Source: a virus
Reading direction: 5' to 3' (one strand)
IMG/VR virus record: IMGVR_UViG_3300025128_000017
Location: 32,158-96,157 of that record
DNA: 64,000 nucleotides
The notes under the pieces are model-generated. The model was not told the origin of the DNA. It did not search any database and worked only from the letters and a program-made list of their open reading frames with translations. The translations under genes and the position numbers were made by a program. Shown piece by piece: positions 27,448 through 36,844 of this stretch (position 1 is the first letter of the stretch; each line of letters starts with the position of its first letter).

Positions 27448-28080
27448 ATGGTAGGAGCGAACCACGATAATCACGAGATGAGATTGACAGGACTTATTCT
27501 TGCACAATCTGCACTAATTGGTGCGGCAGTAGGAATATTTGACGCAGGTATTTGGTTGCCAGCAGGAACAACAGAAAACCATTGGGTAAACGGAATGACA
27601 TACTCAATGGGTGCTTTAGCAGTGCAAATTCTAGCATACTATTTGTTTAAAATGTTCTTTGAACAGCAAATGCAAGAAAAAGTTAGAATTTCTGAAATGC
27701 AAAGGCAAAGAGATAGTAGATATAGAGAAATGCAATACAGCCATGACCAGCGTAGACAGGATATGGAATTGAGAATGCAAGAAATGCAATTAGAAAAAGA
27801 AATTATGTGGATGCAACAAAATCCCGGTAAAGCATTTCCACAGTTTATGGATAAAACATCAAAATATAATTCTAGTAATGTTAGTGGTTTAGGGGTTGAC
27901 TATAGTAGTTCTGCAAAACCACCGCAACATATGGCAGACGTAAGTAATTCTGCTTTAACTTTAGGTATGTCAGGTAACAATCTAAAAAGTGATGTTACAC
28001 CACCAAGAAACATGGATGAAGATGGATATAGATTAAAAGCCGATGGAACTATAGACAAAAGATTCAAGAAAAAAAGGTGA
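27448..28080 (+). CDS. Two-TM membrane protein with Q/M/R-rich coiled coil
   Basis: Two hydrophobic segments, then a coiled coil and disordered tail. Confidence 0.7.
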   Translation: MVGANHDNHEMRLTGLILAQSALIGAAVGIFDAGIWLPAGTTENHWVNGMTYSMGALAVQILAYYLFKMFFEQQMQEKVRISEMQRQRDSRYREMQYSHDQRRQDMELRMQEMQLEKEIMWMQQNPGKAFPQFMDKTSKYNSSNVSGLGVDYSSSAKPPQHMADVSNSALTLGMSGNNLKSDVTPPRNMDEDGYRLKADGTIDKRFKKKR

Positions 28081-28083
28081 TGT

Positions 28084-28350
28084 GTGAAAACGATGGGGCG
28101 TATCTTCAAGACACCAAAAGACGATTCAGTTGAAGAAACACTGAGAGCCATGCACTTGGCTAACACTGTTGATAATACCTATGAGTGGGGTGTTGGATGG
28201 TTACGAACTGTTATCTTTTCAGCAATAACTGCTCTGATTATTAGTTACGTTGAATCAGTTTCTGATTTTAGATTGTGGGGTTGGACTGTTGAATGGTCTT
28301 ATGAACAGGCTAGAGATTTAGCAGACTGGCTTTATGCTAAAATTGATTGA
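28084..28350 (+). CDS. Small membrane protein
   Basis: VGWLRTVIFSAITALIISYV TM segment. Confidence 0.7.
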   Translation: MKTMGRIFKTPKDDSVEETLRAMHLANTVDNTYEWGVGWLRTVIFSAITALIISYVESVSDFRLWGWTVEWSYEQARDLADWLYAKID

Positions 28351-28362
28351 GGTGTATAAATT

Positions 28363-29076
28363 ATGATGACGGGTGGTAGCGTATTAGTAGGTGCTGCCTT
28401 ATACGGTCAAGCGTTATATAATTCTTGGAAACCTAGAAGAGTAGGAATATATGGTACTAGTATGGTTGGTAAAACTACCTTAGATAGATATATGACAACA
28501 CCGGGTGAAATGGAAGAAATTCCTGTAGATGAAAGAACTGACCATTTTAAATTAATAACTAGATATATATTACCTAAACCTACAAGAAAACGAATTAGTT
28601 ATTCCGGTGAAAAAAGAGTTGTTTATTCTTCTGATGTAGGAGGACATGATAGATTTTGGAATCTTTGGATAGATGATATGGTTGCAAGACAAGTTGAATG
28701 CGTTGTATACATGTTTGATGATAGGGCTTTTGCAGGTGGTCCTGATGGTATAGACCAATTAGCCGGATTCAAGTTTTTAGTTGATGCTTTGATAAATCGT
28801 AATTATAGGTATAGAACTCTTAAAAGTAGATTAAAGGGTAAAAGATACGCTCCTAGATTACTTATGTTAGTAGCAAATAAGGCTGATAGATTCTTTGATA
28901 AAAGTGCAGCAGATTTATGGTCACAAGGAAGAATAGGTGAACATAAAATATTTGACCCGTTTAGAGATGAGTTGATTAGATTGCAAAAAGCAAACCTACC
29001 AACAAAACGTGCTTTCATGGCAACTAGGGTAGGTTGGAACGTAGAGCCAACAATGGTAGATTTATTGACTACATGA
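28363..29076 (+). CDS. Ras/Arf-like small GTPase
   Basis: G1 GTSMVGKT, G3 DVGG(H)..F...W, G4 NKAD, G5-like MAT; hydrophobic N-terminus. Confidence 0.85.
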   Translation: MMTGGSVLVGAALYGQALYNSWKPRRVGIYGTSMVGKTTLDRYMTTPGEMEEIPVDERTDHFKLITRYILPKPTRKRISYSGEKRVVYSSDVGGHDRFWNLWIDDMVARQVECVVYMFDDRAFAGGPDGIDQLAGFKFLVDALINRNYRYRTLKSRLKGKRYAPRLLMLVANKADRFFDKSAADLWSQGRIGEHKIFDPFRDELIRLQKANLPTKRAFMATRVGWNVEPTMVDLLTT

Positions 29077-29105
29077 GTGACCTTTTTTATGTGTAACGGT
29101 GTCGG

Positions 29106-29294
29106 ATGTATATGGCGAGAGGTGCGACGAGTACTGTTTTAGTTCCAATTGGTGGAGCAAGTAAGTCACTTAGGACTACTGTGCCTATGTGGATTATTAA
29201 ACAATTTAACCTCGATGCTGGCAGTAAACTTAATTGGAGAATAGACATCGAAGGCGACGAGATGCTCATCAAAGTGTCTCCTGTGGAGAAGTGA
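29106..29294 (+). CDS. AbrB/SpoVT-like DNA-binding protein
   Basis: SLRTTVP..I..QFNL.AG.KL.W. Confidence 0.75.
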   Translation: MYMARGATSTVLVPIGGASKSLRTTVPMWIIKQFNLDAGSKLNWRIDIEGDEMLIKVSPVEK

Positions 29295-29298
29295 AAAA

Positions 29299-30330
29299 AT
29301 GGTTTTAGATATACCGGATAACATGTATCGAACACTTACCAACACACCATTACAAACACATTCTTTGTCATCGTTGAATGAGGCTGCTATGATGGCGATG
29401 GCTCAACAAGGCAATCCTCAATTTAATCAAGGAGCAATCATGGAACAAGCCACTGCACAACAACACATGCAGCAATACGGTACACAATTAAATCTTCAAG
29501 TTCCTAAAGTTAATTTTTATCCTTCTAATAATCCTGACCCACGAAAAGCAAGAAGAAAGGATATTAAACAAGCATATAAACTATTATCTCCGACAAAACG
29601 TTCTATATTCGACCCTAGAAGATGGGTAGGTAGTAAATATAGATATAATAAAGATACAGGAGTTTGTTGTATTGATGGTTGTAATGTTAAAGAATTAATA
29701 CAACATGACAATCTGTATGCTAGAATTAGTGATGAAGAAACAGGTGTAAGTCTGTGGGAACTTTACTGGACAAACCCTATCACTTCACAACCTGAAGCAT
29801 TTATTGCAAGAACCGGGGTTACTAGTGGTCGTAGATTACAAGCAACTTATTGTCCTGAACATCTACATCTTTATCATTTACTTTGTAAATGGGAAACAGA
29901 ACAAGATAAAGAAGATGAATTAAAACCATCTTATTTTAAAGATAAAGTAAACAAGGGTGTAAGTTTAGTTACTGTACCTGTTACTGCCATGCAAAGTAAA
30001 GAAACACAAATGCCTGAGTTAGTACAAAAATATGAAAACTTCTTTAAAGAAATAGAAAAAGACTCTAATAGAACTAAAGGGATTAATGTTTGGCACGTAC
30101 CAAATCCAGAAACTGGATTAAATGATATTACTATGATACAGTTTGACATGAGAATGTTCCAAAAAGAAGAAGTGCAACAACAAATTGCTGCTCAACAAGC
30201 ATTTCAAACAGTTTTAAACCAACAGGCTCAAGTTCTTAACCCCGCCACGGTAGTGCAACCACCACCTGTAACACCAGCACCGGCGGTAATACCAGTAACA
30301 GAAATACAACAAAATGAGGTGACACAATAA
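29299..30330 (+). CDS. Q-rich protein with Cys/His motifs
   Basis: CCIDGC...YCPEH; Q/P-rich ends. Confidence 0.7.
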   Translation: MVLDIPDNMYRTLTNTPLQTHSLSSLNEAAMMAMAQQGNPQFNQGAIMEQATAQQHMQQYGTQLNLQVPKVNFYPSNNPDPRKARRKDIKQAYKLLSPTKRSIFDPRRWVGSKYRYNKDTGVCCIDGCNVKELIQHDNLYARISDEETGVSLWELYWTNPITSQPEAFIARTGVTSGRRLQATYCPEHLHLYHLLCKWETEQDKEDELKPSYFKDKVNKGVSLVTVPVTAMQSKETQMPELVQKYENFFKEIEKDSNRTKGINVWHVPNPETGLNDITMIQFDMRMFQKEEVQQQIAAQQAFQTVLNQQAQVLNPATVVQPPPVTPAPAVIPVTEIQQNEVTQ

Positions 30331-30953
30331 TGGGATTATTTTCTACAACACCAGCAAGCAACAATTCATCATTTAGTTTAGGAGCACCTGTAATGAATAC
30401 TGCACCTCCTACACAACAAGGTTATCAGAATTCTTACGGTGCATCACCATTGACTGCTGGCATATTAGGTGGTGCTGGTATAACTCCGCAACAGTATGGG
30501 ATGCCCGTTGCCCCACCTTCTGAAACAGATGTTTTAGCAGCCATGTTAACAACTTTACAACCGATAGATAGATTTATTGTCAGTCAAAATATGCCTGTAT
30601 TCATAGAAATGCTTTCTAACATAACCACATTTTCTCTTCTGAATGTGTTAAAAAATGCTACTTTTAAACTAGATGAAGAGGGTAACATGTCATTAGATGT
30701 TATGTCTTTACCTAGTGATTTACAGACATTAAGTGCAGAAAATATTGTTGCACAACTAAATAGTTTACAAAACACATCCATGCAATCCATCCAATCTGCT
30801 GAACAACAAAGGATGCAAATAAAAGCAATGGCTGACCAATCGTTATTACAAGGTGCTCTTGGTGCAGCAATGCAACCCGGCGTTATGGAAAATGTTGGAC
30901 AGGCTGCTGGTGGATTTTTCAATAGAGCATTATTTGGAGGTACAATGAAATGA
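30330..30953 (+). CDS. Hypothetical protein (low-complexity ends, helical core)
   Basis: TAATG coupling, GAGGTGA RBS. Confidence 0.7.
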   Translation: MGLFSTTPASNNSSFSLGAPVMNTAPPTQQGYQNSYGASPLTAGILGGAGITPQQYGMPVAPPSETDVLAAMLTTLQPIDRFIVSQNMPVFIEMLSNITTFSLLNVLKNATFKLDEEGNMSLDVMSLPSDLQTLSAENIVAQLNSLQNTSMQSIQSAEQQRMQIKAMADQSLLQGALGAAMQPGVMENVGQAAGGFFNRALFGGTMK

Positions 30954-31195
30954 TAAATGGAGGAAGTATAACACCTAAGCCAGTTGCCGATATGACGTTA
31001 CAATTTTTTAATCCTAGACATAGCACAATTGTCGATATGATTATGATACAATTAATTGCAGCCATCATTACTAGTTTGATTATTTTAATATACAAAGGAA
31101 ATGAAATTTCACAAAATGATGCTACACTTTTCTTAGTTGGAATCTTTGCATCTTTCATTTTATTAACTACAGTGTATTCACGTATAACGAGATGA
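30950..31195 (+). CDS. Small two-TM membrane protein (holin-like topology)
   Basis: Two TM helices, basic C-terminus. Confidence 0.6.
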   Translation: MINGGSITPKPVADMTLQFFNPRHSTIVDMIMIQLIAAIITSLIILIYKGNEISQNDATLFLVGIFASFILLTTVYSRITR

Positions 31196-31249
31196 TGATA
31201 GTCTCTTTTTCTAACAAACTTAATTTGCTACGCATGTAGTCGACACATC

Positions 31250-31936
31250 GTGACCGAGCGTGAGCAAGTGACAAAAAGGTCCTGTGCCTTTTGTCAACAT
31301 CCTGATAGGAATGACTTGGAAGACATGATAAGGAACGGAGAAACTTCCATAAAAACTCTCGACAAAGACATGGGTTGGAGAGCCAATACAGCAGACCGTC
31401 ATTTTAGAAATCATATGGGAGAATATCACATGGCTGCTAATCCTAGTTGTGTAATTTGCACACATCCTGAAAGAGCAGAATTTGAAAATAGGTTTTTTAC
31501 AGATGGTTCTCAATCTGATATAATAGCCAAAGAATTAGATGTTGCTGAAAATACTGTTTACCATCATATGAAACATCACTTTCAACCTTTAGTACAAAGG
31601 TCTGCTGCTACTGAAGTTGTAGTAAAAGTAGGACATGAAGTGAATGTGTTGAGAAATAATGTAGAAAAACTCAATAATAGATTAAATGATTTCTTAGATG
31701 AATCTACAGGTTATGAAGATGGTTTTGTTCGAGATGCAGTTACATTACATAAAGAAGTTAGAGAAAGCATAAAAGATTTAGTCAAGTTCAATGAAGCATG
31801 GGGTACAACCGCAGAAGGTACTCAAGTCAATCAAACAATCAATATATTGAAAGTTGAATTGGCTAAAGAAAGTCCCGATACTTGGAAACGTATCAAGGCT
31901 GAATTATTACAAAACGGAGAGATTGAAATTGAATAA
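31250..31936 (+). CDS. Tandem Zn/HTH protein, candidate terminase small subunit
   Basis: Two CxxCxHP.R...H...H units plus coiled coil and QVNQTINI tail. Confidence 0.5.
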   Translation: MTEREQVTKRSCAFCQHPDRNDLEDMIRNGETSIKTLDKDMGWRANTADRHFRNHMGEYHMAANPSCVICTHPERAEFENRFFTDGSQSDIIAKELDVAENTVYHHMKHHFQPLVQRSAATEVVVKVGHEVNVLRNNVEKLNNRLNDFLDESTGYEDGFVRDAVTLHKEVRESIKDLVKFNEAWGTTAEGTQVNQTINILKVELAKESPDTWKRIKAELLQNGEIEIE

Positions 31937-32345
31937 TCAATTAGTTTCTGTTAGTGATTTGATGCAAATTACTCATCCGGGTCATAGATTTTTAATTTCC
32001 GATTATGATATTAAAGAAAACGATTTACCTATGTTTTTAGATTATTGCGTTGTTGTTTATGGGCGTTTTAAACACTACGCTGAAAATAATAATAATCTAC
32101 AAATTTCAGATAAAAGTTTGTATGACATTATGCAAGACTTGAAAAAAATGAGAGAAACGGATGAACCTTCTGAAATACATATACTCAGACAATCATTAAA
32201 AGGCGGTCTAATGGAATTTAGAAAAATTTGTAAATCGATGAGTGCTTGTTTTTCTTCTCCTTTGGTTGTTAAATCGTTCTATGATGCTTTAGGTGATAGA
32301 TTAACAGAACAAATTGTAATTTATGCGGGGATTGAATATGAGTAA
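31929..32345 (+). CDS. Hypothetical protein
   Basis: Helical ORF; start (TTG) uncertain. Confidence 0.6.
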   Translation: MNNQLVSVSDLMQITHPGHRFLISDYDIKENDLPMFLDYCVVVYGRFKHYAENNNNLQISDKSLYDIMQDLKKMRETDEPSEIHILRQSLKGGLMEFRKICKSMSACFSSPLVVKSFYDALGDRLTEQIVIYAGIEYE

Positions 32346-33603
32346 AATACTTGTAAAATCTAGTAGCGGTATCATGGGTGGTAGTGATACTAGAATTTAC
32401 AACCCTAGAAGCGAATCATCACATATGTATCGCAATAATCATGAAGAAGAAGATAAGTACGGTAGAGAATCTTCGGAAGCAAGAGATGAAAGATATGATA
32501 GAAAATTACGTATTAAAGAGAAAAAAGATAAAGAAAAAAATAAAATAAAACATATAAAAATGTCTGCTGAAGATTTAATCGGTTTAAAAGATGAAAAAGA
32601 AGAAGCAGAAGAAGGTGACAAGTTTGACACTGACCGTGAATTAAGTGCTCAAACTGGACCTGCTGGTAATATGGGTTTCTTGACAAGCCTAGCAGCCCAA
32701 GCAAAAGGACCGGGTGCTGCGGGAGGCAATGCTTTTGCCATGGGTGAACCGATGGAAATAGCATATCAATTATTAAAATCGAAAGAACTTAGTGAAAAAA
32801 CTAAAAAGAAGAAAAGAGAAAGAAGGAGAACCAAAGAAAAAAGACAAAAGTGGAGACCTTCTACTGGACAATTCAAAACACCACCGGGCGGCTCTTTAGG
32901 ACCAAAAGGTGCTACTGGTAGAAGGGCAAAAGGTCAAATGCGTTCTGTAAAAAGAGGTAAGTTGAGAGGTTTGATGCATGCCCCATTATCTGTTGAAATG
33001 GAACATCGTGGTGTTGCTACTAAACAACCTAAATCTAAAGATGTGCCTAAATATAAAGAATTTTTAGGTCAACAAGAAAGTCGTAAAAGAGCAGGAAATG
33101 TACGTTCTCCCACTTCGCAACAATCAAGAAGCGGTGCTCGTAGTTATTATGCTGGAAAAACAGGCGGTGGTAGATTGCAAGGTATGTCAGCACCAAAGCC
33201 TCGTTTGAAACCTCATCGTTTACCACCGATTACACCACCTAGTACTCTAAAAGTTCCTCATTTAAATCAACCACAAATGTCAGGTCCGGGTGCTACTGGT
33301 TATATGCCGATGCAAAAACCTATTTCACCAACACCTATGCCAATGGATGCAATGTCTCAACCGTCAATGATGGTGGCAAAAGGTGCTTTTGGTTTAACAA
33401 CAATAGAATTAGGCAAGATATTAAGAATTGCTGAAAGAACATTAAGGGCTAAAGAAAAGAAAAAGAAAAGTACAGGTAATGCAGAAACAATCGACGCTGA
33501 CCAAACGCCAACAGGTCAGACAACAAAACCTCAAGGTGGTACTGAAGACCATAGAATGGAAAATATAGGAGGGGTAAAAGGTCTTAGAGGTAATACACAA
33601 TGA
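32338..33603 (+). CDS. Low-complexity basic protein with internal tag
   Basis: ILVKSS, GEPMEIAYQLLKS, MVAKG. Confidence 0.7.
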   Translation: MSKILVKSSSGIMGGSDTRIYNPRSESSHMYRNNHEEEDKYGRESSEARDERYDRKLRIKEKKDKEKNKIKHIKMSAEDLIGLKDEKEEAEEGDKFDTDRELSAQTGPAGNMGFLTSLAAQAKGPGAAGGNAFAMGEPMEIAYQLLKSKELSEKTKKKKRERRRTKEKRQKWRPSTGQFKTPPGGSLGPKGATGRRAKGQMRSVKRGKLRGLMHAPLSVEMEHRGVATKQPKSKDVPKYKEFLGQQESRKRAGNVRSPTSQQSRSGARSYYAGKTGGGRLQGMSAPKPRLKPHRLPPITPPSTLKVPHLNQPQMSGPGATGYMPMQKPISPTPMPMDAMSQPSMMVAKGAFGLTTIELGKILRIAERTLRAKEKKKKSTGNAETIDADQTPTGQTTKPQGGTEDHRMENIGGVKGLRGNTQ

Positions 33604-36218
33604 AACCCATATTTTCTTCAGGCGTTTATTTTCCTACTTATATTATAGGTGAACCTATACAGAAAGGTAATGGTATTCATTTAGTACACAACGGGAGAAC
33701 TACTGAACACAGATGGTATCCTGAAGAAGCATTAAATGATAATCCTGACAAATGGGAAGGTATGGATGCTCCCCCTTTTGCTCACTCAGGACATGTAGAC
33801 CATGAACAATCTGGACATTCAGGTGTTGGTCATTTATATGATATGGAAATGAAACCCGGCACATTTGGTGGTCTTATGTGGGATGATGGTCATGGGGTGC
33901 ATTTTCATGGGATTGATGCAGTCATAAATCAACTTGGGTTACATTTACAAAAAATGAGTAAACAATATCCCGGTGCAGGGTTCAATCCACTGGATGCCCA
34001 AAAAATAGTTCAAGAAGGTATAGATTTAGATAATGAAAGAAATGGTTGGGACTTACCAAATGTTGAAAGTAAAGAATGGAGAAAAAATGTTACAGGTCAT
34101 TATGATAAAGATGATGATAGAGGCCATCGAGCACAAGATGGTAGATTAGTAACCAGTACTACTAACATGCATGGGAAAAATCATGCTTTTGGAATTTATC
34201 TTGAATCGCTATCTAATCCAGCATATCGTGGTATAGCAGATAGTTTAAAGAAATATCATTTAGATTTAGGTAGTAGTAGGACACATGCACATTCAAATAC
34301 TAGAAATTTAAGATTTTTAAAAGTACCACACATAACTGCTGAAACAAGCACTTATGCTAAATCAGCAGATGGTAGATTAGTACCTAGAGCGATACAAACT
34401 GCTAGAGATAGAGATAGCCATCAGCAAGGTGTAGAAAAAACTCCTCTTGACCCTTATGCAATAAAACAATTTAAAGATATAACTCAAAATAATGCTATTT
34501 TTAAAGATGTTACATCTTATGGTATTATTCCAGAATTAGCAAATGATTATTTTTTACGTAAAAAGAAACCACAATATGGTAGAGGTGGTAGAAAACCACA
34601 TGGTCAAGATGATTCTGGTCTTTCAATAGGTAAAGCAAAAGAAGGTATAAACAGAATATTACACCCTGACCATCAAAAAGAACCTGATATGAATCATATA
34701 CCACATGAAGGTGAAATAAAAAGTGTAGATATGAATGACCCTCGATGGAATAGTGTAATGTGGACAGATTTTAAAACTGGTAAAACACATCCTTTAAGTG
34801 AAATTTTTAAAACAAATAATAGAGCACCCGCAGAAGGAAGAAATACGCAATTATTTGATGATTTTATACATGATATGGCTATGTATCCATTTTTTGAAAA
34901 AATGTTTGGTGACAATACCGATAGTAACATACGTGTGAAAGAAGATGGTACTGTAACAGGTTCTTTACATAAAAAATTAGATAGATATTACGAAAATAAA
35001 TATCAAGGCGGGTTTAGAAAACGAAATGGTGAGATTTTATCTCATGATGATTTACAAAGTTTGATGTCTCATAGTGATACCCATTCCACTAAAATAAAAA
35101 ACCAAATTGGTGGTGGTGACTCTTTACATACAAAAGCAGTTCGTAACTATGCAACTATTTTAAGTTCCGGTTTAAATGCAAATCGTAAATCAGGAGGTCC
35201 AACTTCTATTCATGCTTTAGATATGTTAAGTGGTGAAGAATTACAGGCCGCAGGTTTCAAACCCGGTGATTTGACTGGTCATGAAAATATTTCACAAGTG
35301 AGAAACATTGCAAATGCTCTTTCTACAATGATGTTAGAAAGTCATGGTTTAGAAAAACACATTGCTTTTCCTGCAAGTGCTATGGAATTATTTACGAGAA
35401 ATGAGAGTAATCAAAGTAATAACTTGAGAGCACAAGGTCATGATGTAGAAAGTATACCTGAACATGCACAAAAGAACTTTGTTGGGTCAGTTCCAAAAAT
35501 TTCTTCAGGATTTTCACGACCCACTGCTGCACCACCTGTAGTTGCTCCACCTCCACCTCCACCTGTCGTAACTCCACCTGTCGTAACTCCACCTCCACCT
35601 GTAGTTGCTCCGCCGGGCGGTGTTGCAGGTCAACCGCCTGTTTTACCTAGTGGTCAAATGACTTTGAATGAATTTCCTAGTAATCCTCCTATCAAAGCAC
35701 CTACTGCTGAAATAATAGCAAATAATAAAGTAGGTGTTAGACCTAGTTTACCACCTCCTAATTTCCGTTCTTTACTTCCCGGTCCTGTAGCAGCAAGACA
35801 ACAAGCATCGCAAACTCCTGAAGGTACAGAACAAGCCATGAGAAATATTGCTAATAATCCAAACTTAAGAATTACTGAAGAACAAAGACAAAGAGCACAA
35901 AGTGCTTTTGCAGACCCCCAACAATCATTACTCACTGATTTTCAAAAAGCGGAAAAATTAATTAAAATGATGGAAAAATTACAATTAACCGATGCTTTTG
36001 CTGATGAAAATGTGTTGAAACATGTACCTAATAATAACTTGAATAAATCTTCAAGTATTGATGTTAAGTTTATGGCTGAAAGATTAAACGTGACATCTCA
36101 AGATGTTAGAACTATTTTACATGCAAAGGGTGATTGGGAAAGAATTCATAAGACGTATGGGTACAGTGATACAATAATCAAAGCGGTCAAAGTATCTTTC
36201 AGTGGGGGATTAAAATGA
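33600..36218 (+). CDS. Large His/Pro-rich putative virion protein
   Basis: 872 aa; GEPIQKG near N-terminus, PPVV repeats, FQKAE before the C-terminal domain. Confidence 0.75.
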   Translation: MKPIFSSGVYFPTYIIGEPIQKGNGIHLVHNGRTTEHRWYPEEALNDNPDKWEGMDAPPFAHSGHVDHEQSGHSGVGHLYDMEMKPGTFGGLMWDDGHGVHFHGIDAVINQLGLHLQKMSKQYPGAGFNPLDAQKIVQEGIDLDNERNGWDLPNVESKEWRKNVTGHYDKDDDRGHRAQDGRLVTSTTNMHGKNHAFGIYLESLSNPAYRGIADSLKKYHLDLGSSRTHAHSNTRNLRFLKVPHITAETSTYAKSADGRLVPRAIQTARDRDSHQQGVEKTPLDPYAIKQFKDITQNNAIFKDVTSYGIIPELANDYFLRKKKPQYGRGGRKPHGQDDSGLSIGKAKEGINRILHPDHQKEPDMNHIPHEGEIKSVDMNDPRWNSVMWTDFKTGKTHPLSEIFKTNNRAPAEGRNTQLFDDFIHDMAMYPFFEKMFGDNTDSNIRVKEDGTVTGSLHKKLDRYYENKYQGGFRKRNGEILSHDDLQSLMSHSDTHSTKIKNQIGGGDSLHTKAVRNYATILSSGLNANRKSGGPTSIHALDMLSGEELQAAGFKPGDLTGHENISQVRNIANALSTMMLESHGLEKHIAFPASAMELFTRNESNQSNNLRAQGHDVESIPEHAQKNFVGSVPKISSGFSRPTAAPPVVAPPPPPPVVTPPVVTPPPPVVAPPGGVAGQPPVLPSGQMTLNEFPSNPPIKAPTAEIIANNKVGVRPSLPPPNFRSLLPGPVAARQQASQTPEGTEQAMRNIANNPNLRITEEQRQRAQSAFADPQQSLLTDFQKAEKLIKMMEKLQLTDAFADENVLKHVPNNNLNKSSSIDVKFMAERLNVTSQDVRTILHAKGDWERIHKTYGYSDTIIKAVKVSFSGGLK

Positions 36219-36844
36219 GTTATGTCGGAATAAAAAAATCATACGTTGGTATAATTAAACAACAGAGCAATGCTACACCAGCCGTTGCTAGTAATATTTC
36301 ACCACCGCCTGAAAGTGGTGGTACACAAATTGGTGTAGGGAATGTTTTTACTACTGTAGATGGTAAAAAAAGAAATCTTTTTGAATTAGATGAAGAAGGA
36401 AAAAGAGTGTATAATCCTTTACAAGTAGGTATAGGTCTTGCTGGTAGAGCAGCAGGTGCAGGGTTAGGTGCTTGGAATGCGGCAAGAACTTTATCTGAAA
36501 GTCAAGGTGGTGACATGATTTCTGATTTAGGAAGGGCTGGTGTTGCTGGACAACAAACTATGAATCTTGGTACGGCTGCTACTAATGTAGCGATGGATAC
36601 GCCGGGTAAAATTGCAGGTGTGCCGAAAACAATCAGAAATTATGTAAATGCTGGTAAAAGCACAACTACTGGTTTTGAAGAACCTGAAGAACCTGAATTT
36701 CATATGGGTTATCCTGTTAATGACGATAAGGTTGCAGTACAAGATAGTTCTATGCAAGTATCAGGTCCAGCAAAAGCACAAAATCCGGTCAAAGTTGTTA
36801 CTCCTGAACGAGCAAAATTTACAGGTGAAGAAATAAATCAGTGA
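36215..36844 (+). CDS. Gly/Ala-rich putative virion protein
   Basis: Duplicated N-terminal SYVGIKK/SYVGIIK; glycine-zipper-like segment. Confidence 0.7.
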   Translation: MSYVGIKKSYVGIIKQQSNATPAVASNISPPPESGGTQIGVGNVFTTVDGKKRNLFELDEEGKRVYNPLQVGIGLAGRAAGAGLGAWNAARTLSESQGGDMISDLGRAGVAGQQTMNLGTAATNVAMDTPGKIAGVPKTIRNYVNAGKSTTTGFEEPEEPEFHMGYPVNDDKVAVQDSSMQVSGPAKAQNPVKVVTPERAKFTGEEINQ

